The notes below the pieces were generated by a model. That model saw nothing but the letters and a program-made list of their open reading frames with translations, made no database searches and was not told the DNA's origin. Source: Archaeoglobi archaeon (lineage in GTDB: Archaea; Halobacteriota; Archaeoglobi; Archaeoglobales; Archaeoglobaceae). Taken from it: a DNA stretch of 64,000 bases. The translations under genes were made by a program, and so were the position numbers. This document shows, piece after piece, positions 20,127 through 28,644 of this stretch (positions are counted from its first letter, which is position 1; each line of letters opens with the position of its first letter). Where the stretch lies: contig JAPDIY010000003.1 in NCBI GenBank assembly GCA_029259335.1, positions 725 to 64,724 on the forward strand. The letters are read 5' to 3'.

Positions 20127-20729
20127 TCAAACTATATACCAAGCACTCCCGTCCGATACGAGAGTATAACTTTCATGCTGTTTCGTTATCTGAATCGAGG
20201 CTTCTCCATCAATCGTTGCCCCCGCAGCGTCAATAGTTACCGCATTTGCAGAACTATCAATTTTCTTAACCTTAACAACCGCATTTACAGCAGGATCCGG
20301 CAATGTTACCGTTATCGCCCCCGCTGAAGCATCTGCCAATATAATATCGCCTGAAGAAGCCGTATAATCCGTTGTTATTTGGGTAACGTTCATCTCGAAA
20401 AGAGCGGGTTTATTGAGGATTGCATTCCAATCCACCGTCAGCTCCTGCCATCCCGTTCCAGTTCCCCTGTAAATCTTATTCGTATCTGTTGCAATGAATA
20501 GCTCTGTGGTTGCACCACTCGCTGGTTTATTTGCCTCAGTGTCGATGTAAACCTTGGTTATCCCTAAATTGTCAAGCCACTGATTTAATGCTGCAATGTC
20601 GTCAACAACGGCCTTGTTGAACCAGTTGTCGTATTCGGCAATCGGCTGCTCTCCAGCTGTGTATTTTGCCTCGCCAGCAGGAGGTTCCTGCCCGTAATCA
20701 TCCCATCTCGATTTCTGAGTTATGGCCAT
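20127..20729 (-). CDS. Putative tail fibre protein
   Basis: GEQPIAEYDNWF N-terminus, FIATDTNKIY, ADASAGAITVTLP...VSDGSAWY; follows baseplate genes. Confidence 0.65.
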   Translation of the reverse strand: MAITQKSRWDDYGQEPPAGEAKYTAGEQPIAEYDNWFNKAVVDDIAALNQWLDNLGITKVYIDTEANKPASGATTELFIATDTNKIYRGTGTGWQELTVDWNAILNKPALFEMNVTQITTDYTASSGDIILADASAGAITVTLPDPAVNAVVKVKKIDSSANAVTIDAAGATIDGEASIQITKQHESYTLVSDGSAWYIV

Positions 20730-20765
20730 ATTTTCCCCACCTCATGCAGACTTTAAAAATCGAAG

Positions 20766-21362
20766 TCAGAGCAGGCCAGCATAGGTGCCAGCGTCTGGAT
20801 TGCTATTGCTCAGGTCGTTGTAGCCCTTGCTTGGATCCGAAGTCTCGCCGATTGAGCGATGCGTAAATGTGCCCTGCTGATAGGCCTGAAATCGAGTCCC
20901 TGCTGGCTTTACAGCCTTCATAAGCTCCTGAAACTCGTCGAGTGTTAGCCCAGCATTATTCAAGTCTTGAAGCCAGACCCAAACCTCGAAGAAAGCTGGC
21001 TCAAGCTCATACTTGTCCCTCACCCTTACTCTTTCTGTTGTGGTCATCAGGGCAGCAGCAATTATTTCCTTGAGGTCGTCAATCGTGGCCATGTTGGTGA
21101 TTTTGGAGAAGGCAAACTTTATCCTCGCCCTGAAGTGTTCATCCGTTTCGTTTTGCTTTCTTCTCACATTGAAGAAAGAAGCGATGTAGTCAAGGCTTTT
21201 CCCAGTTGCAAAGTCAACGAAGTGAGCGTTTTTGATGTCGTTGATGGCCTGCTCGATGCTGCTGTATTCTGAATCGATTACCTTCAGCAGCTTGTAGTTG
21301 TTGGAGTCTGGGTCCTTGCGGAATGCTGTTGAGAGCAGCTTTATCAGCTCATCCACCGCCAT
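20766..21362 (-). CDS. Baseplate wedge protein (gp48/YmfQ/DUF2612-like)
   Basis: ATGKSLDYIA, ETDEHFRARI, KPAGT; directly downstream of baseplate J. Confidence 0.75.
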   Translation of the reverse strand: MAVDELIKLLSTAFRKDPDSNNYKLLKVIDSEYSSIEQAINDIKNAHFVDFATGKSLDYIASFFNVRRKQNETDEHFRARIKFAFSKITNMATIDDLKEIIAAALMTTTERVRVRDKYELEPAFFEVWVWLQDLNNAGLTLDEFQELMKAVKPAGTRFQAYQQGTFTHRSIGETSDPSKGYNDLSNSNPDAGTYAGLL

Positions 21363-21370
21363 GCTCCACC

Positions 21371-22433
21371 TCAGCTTATCGTGACTGTTATCTTTGCATC
21401 ATCCGTTACGGCAATTTCATCATCAGCGATTGCAATGTTCGAGATTCCGGCTGGAGGTGAAGCTGTGTCGATCTTAACATCCACATCAACAACTCCCTGA
21501 ATGTCCATCACTGCCGCAACGATCTTATTGTAGATCACATCGCCGCCGAGCTCAAGCGTGTCGAAGTAGGCTTTGATCGCATCCTTGACCTCCTGCTCTG
21601 TCACCGCACTCCCATCTGTCGTGACCTGCACATCGATGTAGATTGCAACCTCTGTTGGCCTCTCGAAATAAACTGTGTGAGGGTTGCCGTCTATGTCGTA
21701 GGCTGTAGCCGAAACCGAGCCGTAGGGCTGGATTCCTGCTGGTTTTGCATCAAAAATCGCCTGAGCCACTGCGGAATCATCCCCACCCCAGACGAAGACT
21801 CTGAATGATTTTGGTGGTAGGCCACCTTCAGATGTGTAGTCGTCCATTGTATCATTCTCCTCGATTTTGACAGATTTAACTCCCTCTACATTCCTCACCT
21901 TCGCAAGTATTGCATCGAGAGTGGCTTTTCCGAGTGACTGGATCGTCGACTTGATTCTGTAGCGGAACTCTTCATCAGTCTCTGCATCCCTGCCTCCGCT
22001 CGTGGGGTTTGCGTTGTTGACCGACTCGATCCCCGAAACTGGATCAACGATTTTCGTGATCGTGTTTGCTGCGACATTTCCAGCAGAGCCAGCCTCAACG
22101 GCCTCAATCGGAGCGTCAACACTCGTGTTTCCAGCTTGAAGTACTACGACCTCAGTCGTCTTGAAAACAACTGATTCATCTGATGTGGCAACTCTCGTTC
22201 CAGCTGGGATTGTTATATCTTCCGTTGCCGCTGTGGACCTGCTGAAAGTTACGGTTCCGGTTGCCTTCCTCGCCTCAATTCTCTTGTAGCCGACGAGAGC
22301 AGCAAGGAAGTCGAGACTTGAGCCGGTTGCAAAGTCGATGAAACCCGCATAGTAAGCGTCTTCGGCCATCTGCCAGAGCTCGTCCTCTCTCTTCGCACAG
22401 ATTTCAATAAACCTCAGCAGTCTTGAGTTCTCA
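21371..22433 (-). pseudogene. Baseplate J/gp47 protein, 5'-truncated by insertion
   Basis: ATGSSLDFLA, ATGTVTF, IPAGTRV, GGRDAETDEEFRYR, KPAGI; frame stays open upstream of 22369 (ENSRLLRFIEICAKREDELWQ) until the foreign element at ~22434. Confidence 0.85.
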
Positions 22434-22443
22434 GGGTAGAGGT

Positions 22444-22500
22444 GAAAAATCGGTGCTTTTCGACCCGCTTGCTAAATTGGAAAAATTTGGTGCCTGTCGA
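22444..22500 (+). repeat. Imperfect tandem ~20 bp subterminal repeats
   Basis: GAAAAATCGGTGCTTTTCGA (22444-22463) and GAAAAATTTGGTGCCTGTCGA (22480-22500). Confidence 0.5.
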
Positions 22501-22523
22501 AATAAGTGTAAAACCTTCGGGAC

Positions 22524-23579
22524 ATGACAGCTAAACTCAAAAATATAGTCCAGACGAAATTGGAAGATTATCCCTCATACATTTACTCAAGGCAAAAATA
22601 TGGTGAAGATTACAGAAACGTTTTGAAAATAGTAAACAATCTTTTTAGAGGTGAGTCTCTAATTCTTTATGACGTACTTATGTGTCCTATATGCGGAAGT
22701 AGCAATATCAAAAAACACCAAAACCAAAAGCGGAAGAGGAAAGGAGAAATCGAAAAATACAAATGCAACGATTGTGGATCTGTATTTTTAGATTATATGA
22801 ACAACTTGAAATGGACTCACTTCTCTGCAGATGACGTGGCAGTAATAGTTACTCAGCTGGTTTCTGGTACAACTCACTCGAACATTTGTAGAATCATGTC
22901 TGAATTTTCTTCAACAGACCACCTGAATCAACACACGACAAGAATTGATAGGAAGACTATCACTAACATTGCGGGCAATGTAGCAGATTTAATGCGCAAG
23001 TTTGAATCAAAAGTTCTAAAATTAGAGAAAAGCCGAGAATGGCAAATCGACGAAATCTTCCAGAAAAAAGGGAACGGAAATCACTTCAAAATTATAAACG
23101 TCATTGACGTCGATACACGCTACATACTTGCAACGCATGTCTCGGAGAGCAGAGGGCTTAAAGATGCATTGGCAGCATTGAGTAAGGCCATTAATAACGC
23201 AAGAGAACTTCCAGAGGTTTTGAAGTGCGACGGGCATGTCGAGTATAAAAAGGCCGCTGAGAGACTTATAAGCGGCGTTAAAATTCAATCTGTGCCAAAA
23301 TCTAAGGATTTCAGCCACATAAACGTAATAGAGGGGACACAAAACAGGATGAGGGGGACGATTTCGAGAAGAAAAACCTATAAAAGTATGAAGAATCTGC
23401 AAAATCTTGCTGACATTTTTCGATTTGACCATAACTTCTTCTTCCGGAAGGAGAATGTCAACAAGCCTCCGGTTACCCATGCCGGTATTGATTTGCCATC
23501 AAACTTAACTTGGAAGAAGATCATACAAATTGCAAATTTAGTGGTGAAGACAAAAATAGTTGATCAACTCATTCTTTAG
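22524..23579 (+). CDS. IS6-like DDE transposase with Zn ribbon (divergent)
   Basis: CPICG/CNDCG; WQIDE, KCDG, NVIEG catalytic triad. Confidence 0.8.
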   Translation: MTAKLKNIVQTKLEDYPSYIYSRQKYGEDYRNVLKIVNNLFRGESLILYDVLMCPICGSSNIKKHQNQKRKRKGEIEKYKCNDCGSVFLDYMNNLKWTHFSADDVAVIVTQLVSGTTHSNICRIMSEFSSTDHLNQHTTRIDRKTITNIAGNVADLMRKFESKVLKLEKSREWQIDEIFQKKGNGNHFKIINVIDVDTRYILATHVSESRGLKDALAALSKAINNARELPEVLKCDGHVEYKKAAERLISGVKIQSVPKSKDFSHINVIEGTQNRMRGTISRRKTYKSMKNLQNLADIFRFDHNFFFRKENVNKPPVTHAGIDLPSNLTWKKIIQIANLVVKTKIVDQLIL

Positions 23580-24639
23580 CTTCCAGCGCCCTTTGAATAA
23601 GTTCCAGCCAATTGCGGTTATTTATAATTCCTGCAAATTGTGCAGGAGTTTTGTTGTTCAGTGATTGGTGCTCCTTAATGAAGTTATAGAAAATGCTGTA
23701 TCCTTCAGCGAAAGTCTTGGCACCCTCACTTGTTTTGAACGATTCCAGTGATTTGACCCTTCTTTTAAGCTCCTTGAAAAACCTCTCCATCTTGTTGTTC
23801 ATCCCTTCTCTGAGTGACGACTGGACATGTATAACATCAGAAAACTCTTGCTCTACGGCGGTTTCGTAGGATTTAAGACCATCAGTAACCACCTCGTCTG
23901 GTTTGCTCGATTTTTCCAGGCCATTTTCAAAGAGTTTCTTCGCCTCATCTACACCTCTCGATTTGCTTATGTGGACTGCAATGACGAGCCTAGTTTCACT
24001 GTCAAGGAGGCTCCAGATCCGGATATGTTCTCCCTTAACCTTTACTACTGTTTCATCAGCGTGCCACCTGCTCGATTCAATTTTGACAGACTTTACGAAC
24101 TCATTGACCAGTCTAACGTACCTTTTTATCCAGTTATGGACGGTTTTGTGGCTTACCTGAATATTGTAGCTCGCCTTAAGATGCTGAGCCACCTGTCTTA
24201 GACTCAAACCTCTAAAATAAAGATCAAGGGCTGAAACTATGGCATCAGCTCTTTTTTTCATTCCGCTAAACCCTGTTCTCGCAGAGAACTTTCTTTTGCA
24301 CCTTTTGCAGTAGTATTGCTGTACAGGGCCTGATTTGTTGTACCTGATCCCTTTCTTTATCACCATGTCGCTCTTTCCACACTGTAAACACTTCATTTCA
24401 TCCAGAGATGACACGGCACTTTTGATGTCCTGAATGGCCAAATAATACATTACTGCGTAGATGTGCTTGCATTTTTTGTTTCTCTTTTCAAAATCGGGAC
24501 ACTCGCAGATCCACTTATCTCTGCTCCAGGTAACTCGGTAATTTCTGGTTCCTGACCGAACAATAAACTTCCCCTCTTTTATTTCCATCACGCTACCCTC
24601 AGCCAGCAGTTTAATGCCTGCGTTTCTCCTTTTAGACAT
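23569..24639 (-). CDS. IS6-like DDE transposase with N-terminal SWIM finger
   Basis: CECPDF...CKH (SWIM), CLQC/CKRC, GLSLRQVA HTH, WHADET, VTDG, NKMER. Confidence 0.88.
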   Translation of the reverse strand: MSKRRNAGIKLLAEGSVMEIKEGKFIVRSGTRNYRVTWSRDKWICECPDFEKRNKKCKHIYAVMYYLAIQDIKSAVSSLDEMKCLQCGKSDMVIKKGIRYNKSGPVQQYYCKRCKRKFSARTGFSGMKKRADAIVSALDLYFRGLSLRQVAQHLKASYNIQVSHKTVHNWIKRYVRLVNEFVKSVKIESSRWHADETVVKVKGEHIRIWSLLDSETRLVIAVHISKSRGVDEAKKLFENGLEKSSKPDEVVTDGLKSYETAVEQEFSDVIHVQSSLREGMNNKMERFFKELKRRVKSLESFKTSEGAKTFAEGYSIFYNFIKEHQSLNNKTPAQFAGIINNRNWLELIQRALEAKE

Positions 24640-24656
24640 CGTTCGACCCCCGTAAA

Positions 24657-25358
24657 TTAGGCTTCGGCTTCACAAACTCTCTTGCTTCTATTTTGAATCT
24701 CTCGCGAAATTTCTGCCGCTATTTTGTCGACGACTGTATCAACATTTCCCAGTATATCTGGAAGTGATTTTAATGGGTCTACACTCCACTTCCACTTTAC
24801 ACTCTCTCTAAATTCACAATCAGCTCCACAGTATCTGCACTCTAAACCTGGTATTTTCTTCCCGCTTTCTTTCAGAATTTCTTTGGCTTTCATGTGCTCT
24901 AATAGTTCCTCTACAATCTTTTCTGCAAGGCTCACATTTATCGTAAGAATGTCTCCAGTCCTAAGTTCAGCTACAAGAGTCTTTGTTCCTCTGAGTATGG
25001 TGTAGATTGCCGGCTGAACAAGTTTGACATTGCCGGTTTTGATTTCTATGAACAGGAATATGTCGCTATCCTTGCTTGTCAAGACTATCTCGTTTCCAGC
25101 AGCGCCGTCAACTCTTCCGAACTCGAGAGGGAGTTCGCTTACGACTGAGATCTCATCCAGTTTCATCTGTAGCTTCACCAAGATTTTAGACTTGGCCATG
25201 TCATGTATCAATCTGTAAGCTGAGGTGAGCTCTCTGTTTTCCGGCTCGTAGAAGGGACATGCTGTTGTAAGCTGTTCGTCAAGTTGACTGGGTCTATAGG
25301 TCTTCAGCAATTTCCTGAGTTCGTTTCTTATATTTCCTCCAACATCCACCTCTCTCAT
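24657..25358 (-). CDS. Cas4/RecB-like PD-(D/E)XK nuclease
   Basis: ACPF, IHD, GRVD, IEIKTG, QPAIY (QxxxY), CRYCGADC. Confidence 0.7.
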   Translation of the reverse strand: MREVDVGGNIRNELRKLLKTYRPSQLDEQLTTACPFYEPENRELTSAYRLIHDMAKSKILVKLQMKLDEISVVSELPLEFGRVDGAAGNEIVLTSKDSDIFLFIEIKTGNVKLVQPAIYTILRGTKTLVAELRTGDILTINVSLAEKIVEELLEHMKAKEILKESGKKIPGLECRYCGADCEFRESVKWKWSVDPLKSLPDILGNVDTVVDKIAAEISREIQNRSKRVCEAEA

Positions 25359-25407
25359 TGTGGTATAATAGTGCCACTAAATATTTAAATCTTGTGGTAT
25401 TATAGTG
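25358..25407. promoter_or_regulatory. Divergent promoter with 16 bp direct-repeat operator
   Basis: TTGTGGTATAATAGTG (25358-25373) and TTGTGGTATTATAGTG (25392-25407) flank ATATTTAAAT (25381-25390). Confidence 0.6.
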
Positions 25408-25454
25408 GCTCAAAACCGCAGCATATATATTTAGGATGGTTCGATGAATCCACC

Positions 25455-25604
25455 ATGGCAAAAATTACGATAGAAATAGACGACGAAGAGTTTTTGACAA
25501 AAAAAGAAACTAAAATTGGAGATGATGGAAGAGTGTTCATTGGGAGAAGCTATGCTGGACAGGAAGTTGTCGTCTATGTTCTGAAGAAGAAAAAGAAAGA
25601 GTAG
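25455..25604 (+). CDS. Small AbrB/DUF2080-like DNA-binding protein
   Basis: MAKITIEIDDEEFLTKKETKIGDDGRVFIGRSYAGQEVVVYVL; 49 aa. Confidence 0.65.
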   Translation: MAKITIEIDDEEFLTKKETKIGDDGRVFIGRSYAGQEVVVYVLKKKKKE

Positions 25605-25652
25605 GTCAATATTTTCAATTCTGGTATCTAAGTTCTGTTTAAACCTAAAAAT

Positions 25653-26736
25653 TATGGTATCTGACATAACTAACTTAACCAAAATTCAAGAACTTTCTTA
25701 TCCACTTTTCTGCGAAGCTCATTCTCTGAGTTAGCTGGTGAAAGCTATTTGAAATCACTTCCTTAAGCTCCTCCAACGTCTTTATGAGGAGAGGAGACAG
25801 AACTCTCTTTATCGCTCTCCAGATCTGCTCAATTGGATTCAGATCGGGAGAGTAAGGGGGAAGGTAAACTAGAATTATGTTCAGCTTCTCAGCTTTTATT
25901 CTAGTCTTTCCGGCATGATGCGATCTGAAGTTGTCCAGAACGATGACTATGGTTTTATGGGGATTTCTATTCCTTATCTCCTCCAGAAATTCACATACGG
26001 ATTCCTTTTTAGAGTTCTCTTTAAAATTTACAACGCTCTCTCCATTTATCGCATAGAAACCGAAAGTATTGACTTTCATCTTTGTCGTGTTCTTCTCCAC
26101 AGATGGTTTATTGAAAGACCAAAGTCTTTGAGTGTTTGCATTGAGCTGGGGTGAGGTTTCATCCAGAAATCCTATAACGTAGTTGTTTACTGAGTTTAAT
26201 GCTTCTTCAAGTTTTTTTAAACTCCTCTTCTGCATTTTCAGGTTTTCTGTAGTCCTTCTGGTATGGTTTGGCGTATTTCATGCCAAATGATTTTAGCAGT
26301 CTGCTCACGTGCCTCAGGGAGTATTCCACCCCAAATTTGCCTTTGATGAGCTCTCTCACCTCCTTTGTCGTCCAGTCATCCCTCTCTTTCAGAATGGCTT
26401 TCAACTCTTCTTTCTGCTCATCGCTTAATTCTGAAGGTCTTCCTCCTCCGTAGTTCGGTTTTAAGCCTTCCAAACCTTGTTTATTCCACCTTTCAAGCCA
26501 TACGTAGCCTATAACTTTACTTACTCCAACTTCTTTCGCTGCTTGAGGAACGCTCGCTCCTTTGTAGAGTTCTTTGATGAAAAAAAGTTTTCTGAGGACT
26601 TCAGAGCATATTTTTCTTCTTCGAATTTCTTCATTCAGTTCTTCTGGTGTTAACCATCTAACAACTTCTTTTTCGGGTTTTCGTCCCATGTAAGTAGTTT
26701 ATTTCATTGGTTAAAAATATTTTGTCTAATACTCTA
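25653..26736 (-). mobile_element. IS630-family insertion sequence (~1.08 kb)
   Basis: TA at both ends; imperfect TIR TATGGTATCTGACATAAC..TTAACC vs TAGAGTATTAGACAAAAT..TTAACC; two-ORF transposase. Confidence 0.88.
25675..26689 (-). CDS. IS630 transposase (orfA 26207-26689, orfB 25675-26235, joined by -1 frameshift)
   Basis: HTH with GGRP; FLDET, LDNFRSH, LPPYSPDLNPIE; A7 slippery run at 26212-26218. Confidence 0.9.
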
Positions 26737-26763
26737 ATTTGCCGGGAAAGGTATATATATTCG

Positions 26764-27906
26764 ACTGACCATGTGAATCACGTAAGCAAATGCCGTATTA
26801 TCTCAACGGAGCAAAGACTAACGACATCGTAGAATGTTACGCCAAGCTTATGGCTTAGGAACTCTATACAGTTTGCCAAAGCGGCCATAAGCAGAATAAA
26901 ACCGTTGTTGCTCTTCTCACTTCTCAAATAATTCCCCTCAAGCTTTAAAATGGATTTGTCCCTTCTGTGCTTCTCCTCAATCCAGAATCTCTTGAGATAC
27001 TCTTTTATTATGTTCTCTGCTTTCTTCTTCCAGTCCGTTGAAACCAGGTAGTATGGTTCTTTTTTATCTTCCATCAGGCATTTAACTATCCTAACTCTAC
27101 CAACCTCAGGAATGTTAACGACTTTGAATGCTAGATAAAACTCCTTTCCTTCAACAGTCCTCTTGCAGAGCTTCTCTTTCTCGAATAACTCTTCTATCCT
27201 GAACTTCTTTCCAAACACCTCAAATCCATCTCTTCTTTATCCTACCAATATATACAACCTTGTTTTCCTTTGCTCTCCTAAGAACTTCTTTTGTTGTCAC
27301 AAATCCGTCACCTACAAACTTCCCCACGTTTTTTTAGAGAGGTAGTCAATTATCCCGGCGTGGATTTCAGTGCTCTTCTTTTCCGGAGGTTTTATTTCAG
27401 TGTAGGCAGTATATATTCCTTTATCCGTGAACAAACAGCAGTTTATCTGTTCCTGAAGTATTTCGTAGCATTCCTTGACGTAGTTCCATCTGAGCTTTGC
27501 TGAGTAAACTTTTTCGCTGTAACGCTTTAAGAACGTCGAGTCTATTATTCCCGTAAGACTGATTCTTCCGTCAAGAATGTCGGGAAATAACTCAAGCTGG
27601 TTGTAAAGCAAATCCTCGATTTCTGTTAATCTTTGGATACTTTTGATTATTGTCGTTCTATCTTTCCCGATTATGTCTTCCGATATGCTTTTAATCGTCC
27701 TGATTATAGTAAAAGTTCTTATCAGAGAATATGCAGTTAAATCCTCCGCAATGCTGAAACCTAACTCGTTCAGGGATTCAGTCATAAGATTGTGCAGTAA
27801 ACCAAATACAGGGTATCTGACTTTCATCCAATTCTAATTTGCAGTGCATAAGTATGTTTTGGTATGATTATATATATAATAAATGCTTTTCGTTCACACC
27901 GTCAGT
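26764..27906 (-). mobile_element. IS701/IS4-superfamily-like IS (~1.14 kb)
   Basis: TIR ACTGACCATGTGAA (26764-26777) vs ACTGACGGTGTGAA (rc of 27893-27906), 12/14; no target duplication visible. Confidence 0.75.
26778..27827 (-). pseudogene. DDE transposase, doubly frameshifted
   Basis: IIDSTFL; FVGDGF segment out of frame (~27225-27330); YLVST...YLKRFWIEEKHRRDK. Confidence 0.78.
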
Positions 27907-27916
27907 TTTTAAAAAA

Positions 27917-28267
27917 TTAGAGAGAAATAAGCAGGTAGAGCCCGTAGAAGAACGCAACCAAGAACATTAGCATAGTTAAAGTGTTAATGGCATTCCTGTT
28001 CCTAACTCCGGCGTTGGTATCAAGCGCTATGGCCCTGAGACCGTTGAAGGCGTGAAATGAAACTATGAGTAGCAGTACCGTGTACATGACCTTGAATTCA
28101 GGCATGTTCAGTCTTGCTATCACCTCTTGGTAGTGAAGCGCCTCATGAGACACCATGTGGGTTACGTAGAAGTGCAGTGTGACGAATACAATCATCAATA
28201 ATCCAGTAATCATCTGTAAGAGCCATGCAACCGGTTCCAAAACACTCTTCGCCGATTCGCTACTCAT
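27917..28267 (-). CDS. sdhD: Succinate dehydrogenase membrane anchor D
   Basis: WLLQMITG, LHFYVTH, FHAFNGLR. Confidence 0.88.
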   Translation of the reverse strand: MSSESAKSVLEPVAWLLQMITGLLMIVFVTLHFYVTHMVSHEALHYQEVIARLNMPEFKVMYTVLLLIVSFHAFNGLRAIALDTNAGVRNRNAINTLTMLMFLVAFFYGLYLLISL

Positions 28268-28268
28268 T

Positions 28269-28643
28269 TCAACCACCTGTCAGGTAGTACATAACGTAGC
28301 TTGCATACAGCCACACAGCTAAGGCAAGAACCAGCGCAACTGCGAGAAGTGGTTTGCGGTATTCGTAGGCGATGCCAAACTCGTGCAGGATTATTCTGAA
28401 ACCGTTTATTCCATGAAAAACCCCGCACAAGACAAGGAGAACATCAAATATCAGGAACTGCTTTGATACCGTGAGTGCAATCATGCTCTCGTAGGTTGCT
28501 CCAGTTTTATCAAGTAAAGTTGTGAGATAGGTGAGATGCATGCAGAGATAGATTAGCAGAACTATGCCAGTCAAACGCTGGAAAGTGAACGCCCAGCTAA
28601 AAATACTTCTTCCACCAAGCTTAAACCATCCTGAAACTCCCAT
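28269..28643 (-). CDS. sdhC: Succinate dehydrogenase cytochrome b subunit C
   Basis: FQRLTG, YLCMH, FHGINGFR. Confidence 0.88.
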   Translation of the reverse strand: MGVSGWFKLGGRSIFSWAFTFQRLTGIVLLIYLCMHLTYLTTLLDKTGATYESMIALTVSKQFLIFDVLLVLCGVFHGINGFRIILHEFGIAYEYRKPLLAVALVLALAVWLYASYVMYYLTGG

Positions 28644-28644
28644 T

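Larger units (their letters stand above)
18333..22433. mobile_element. Truncated provirus of a contractile-tailed virus integrated at tRNA-Gln
   Basis: Integrase abutting the tRNA followed by a minus-strand baseplate/fibre operon; second att not found in window. Confidence 0.8.
22434..25652. mobile_element. Putative transposon with two IS6-like DDE genes, Cas4-like nuclease and small regulator; right end not found
   Basis: Interrupts baseplate J; starts GG; more AT-rich than the provirus; four intact ORFs. Confidence 0.65.
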
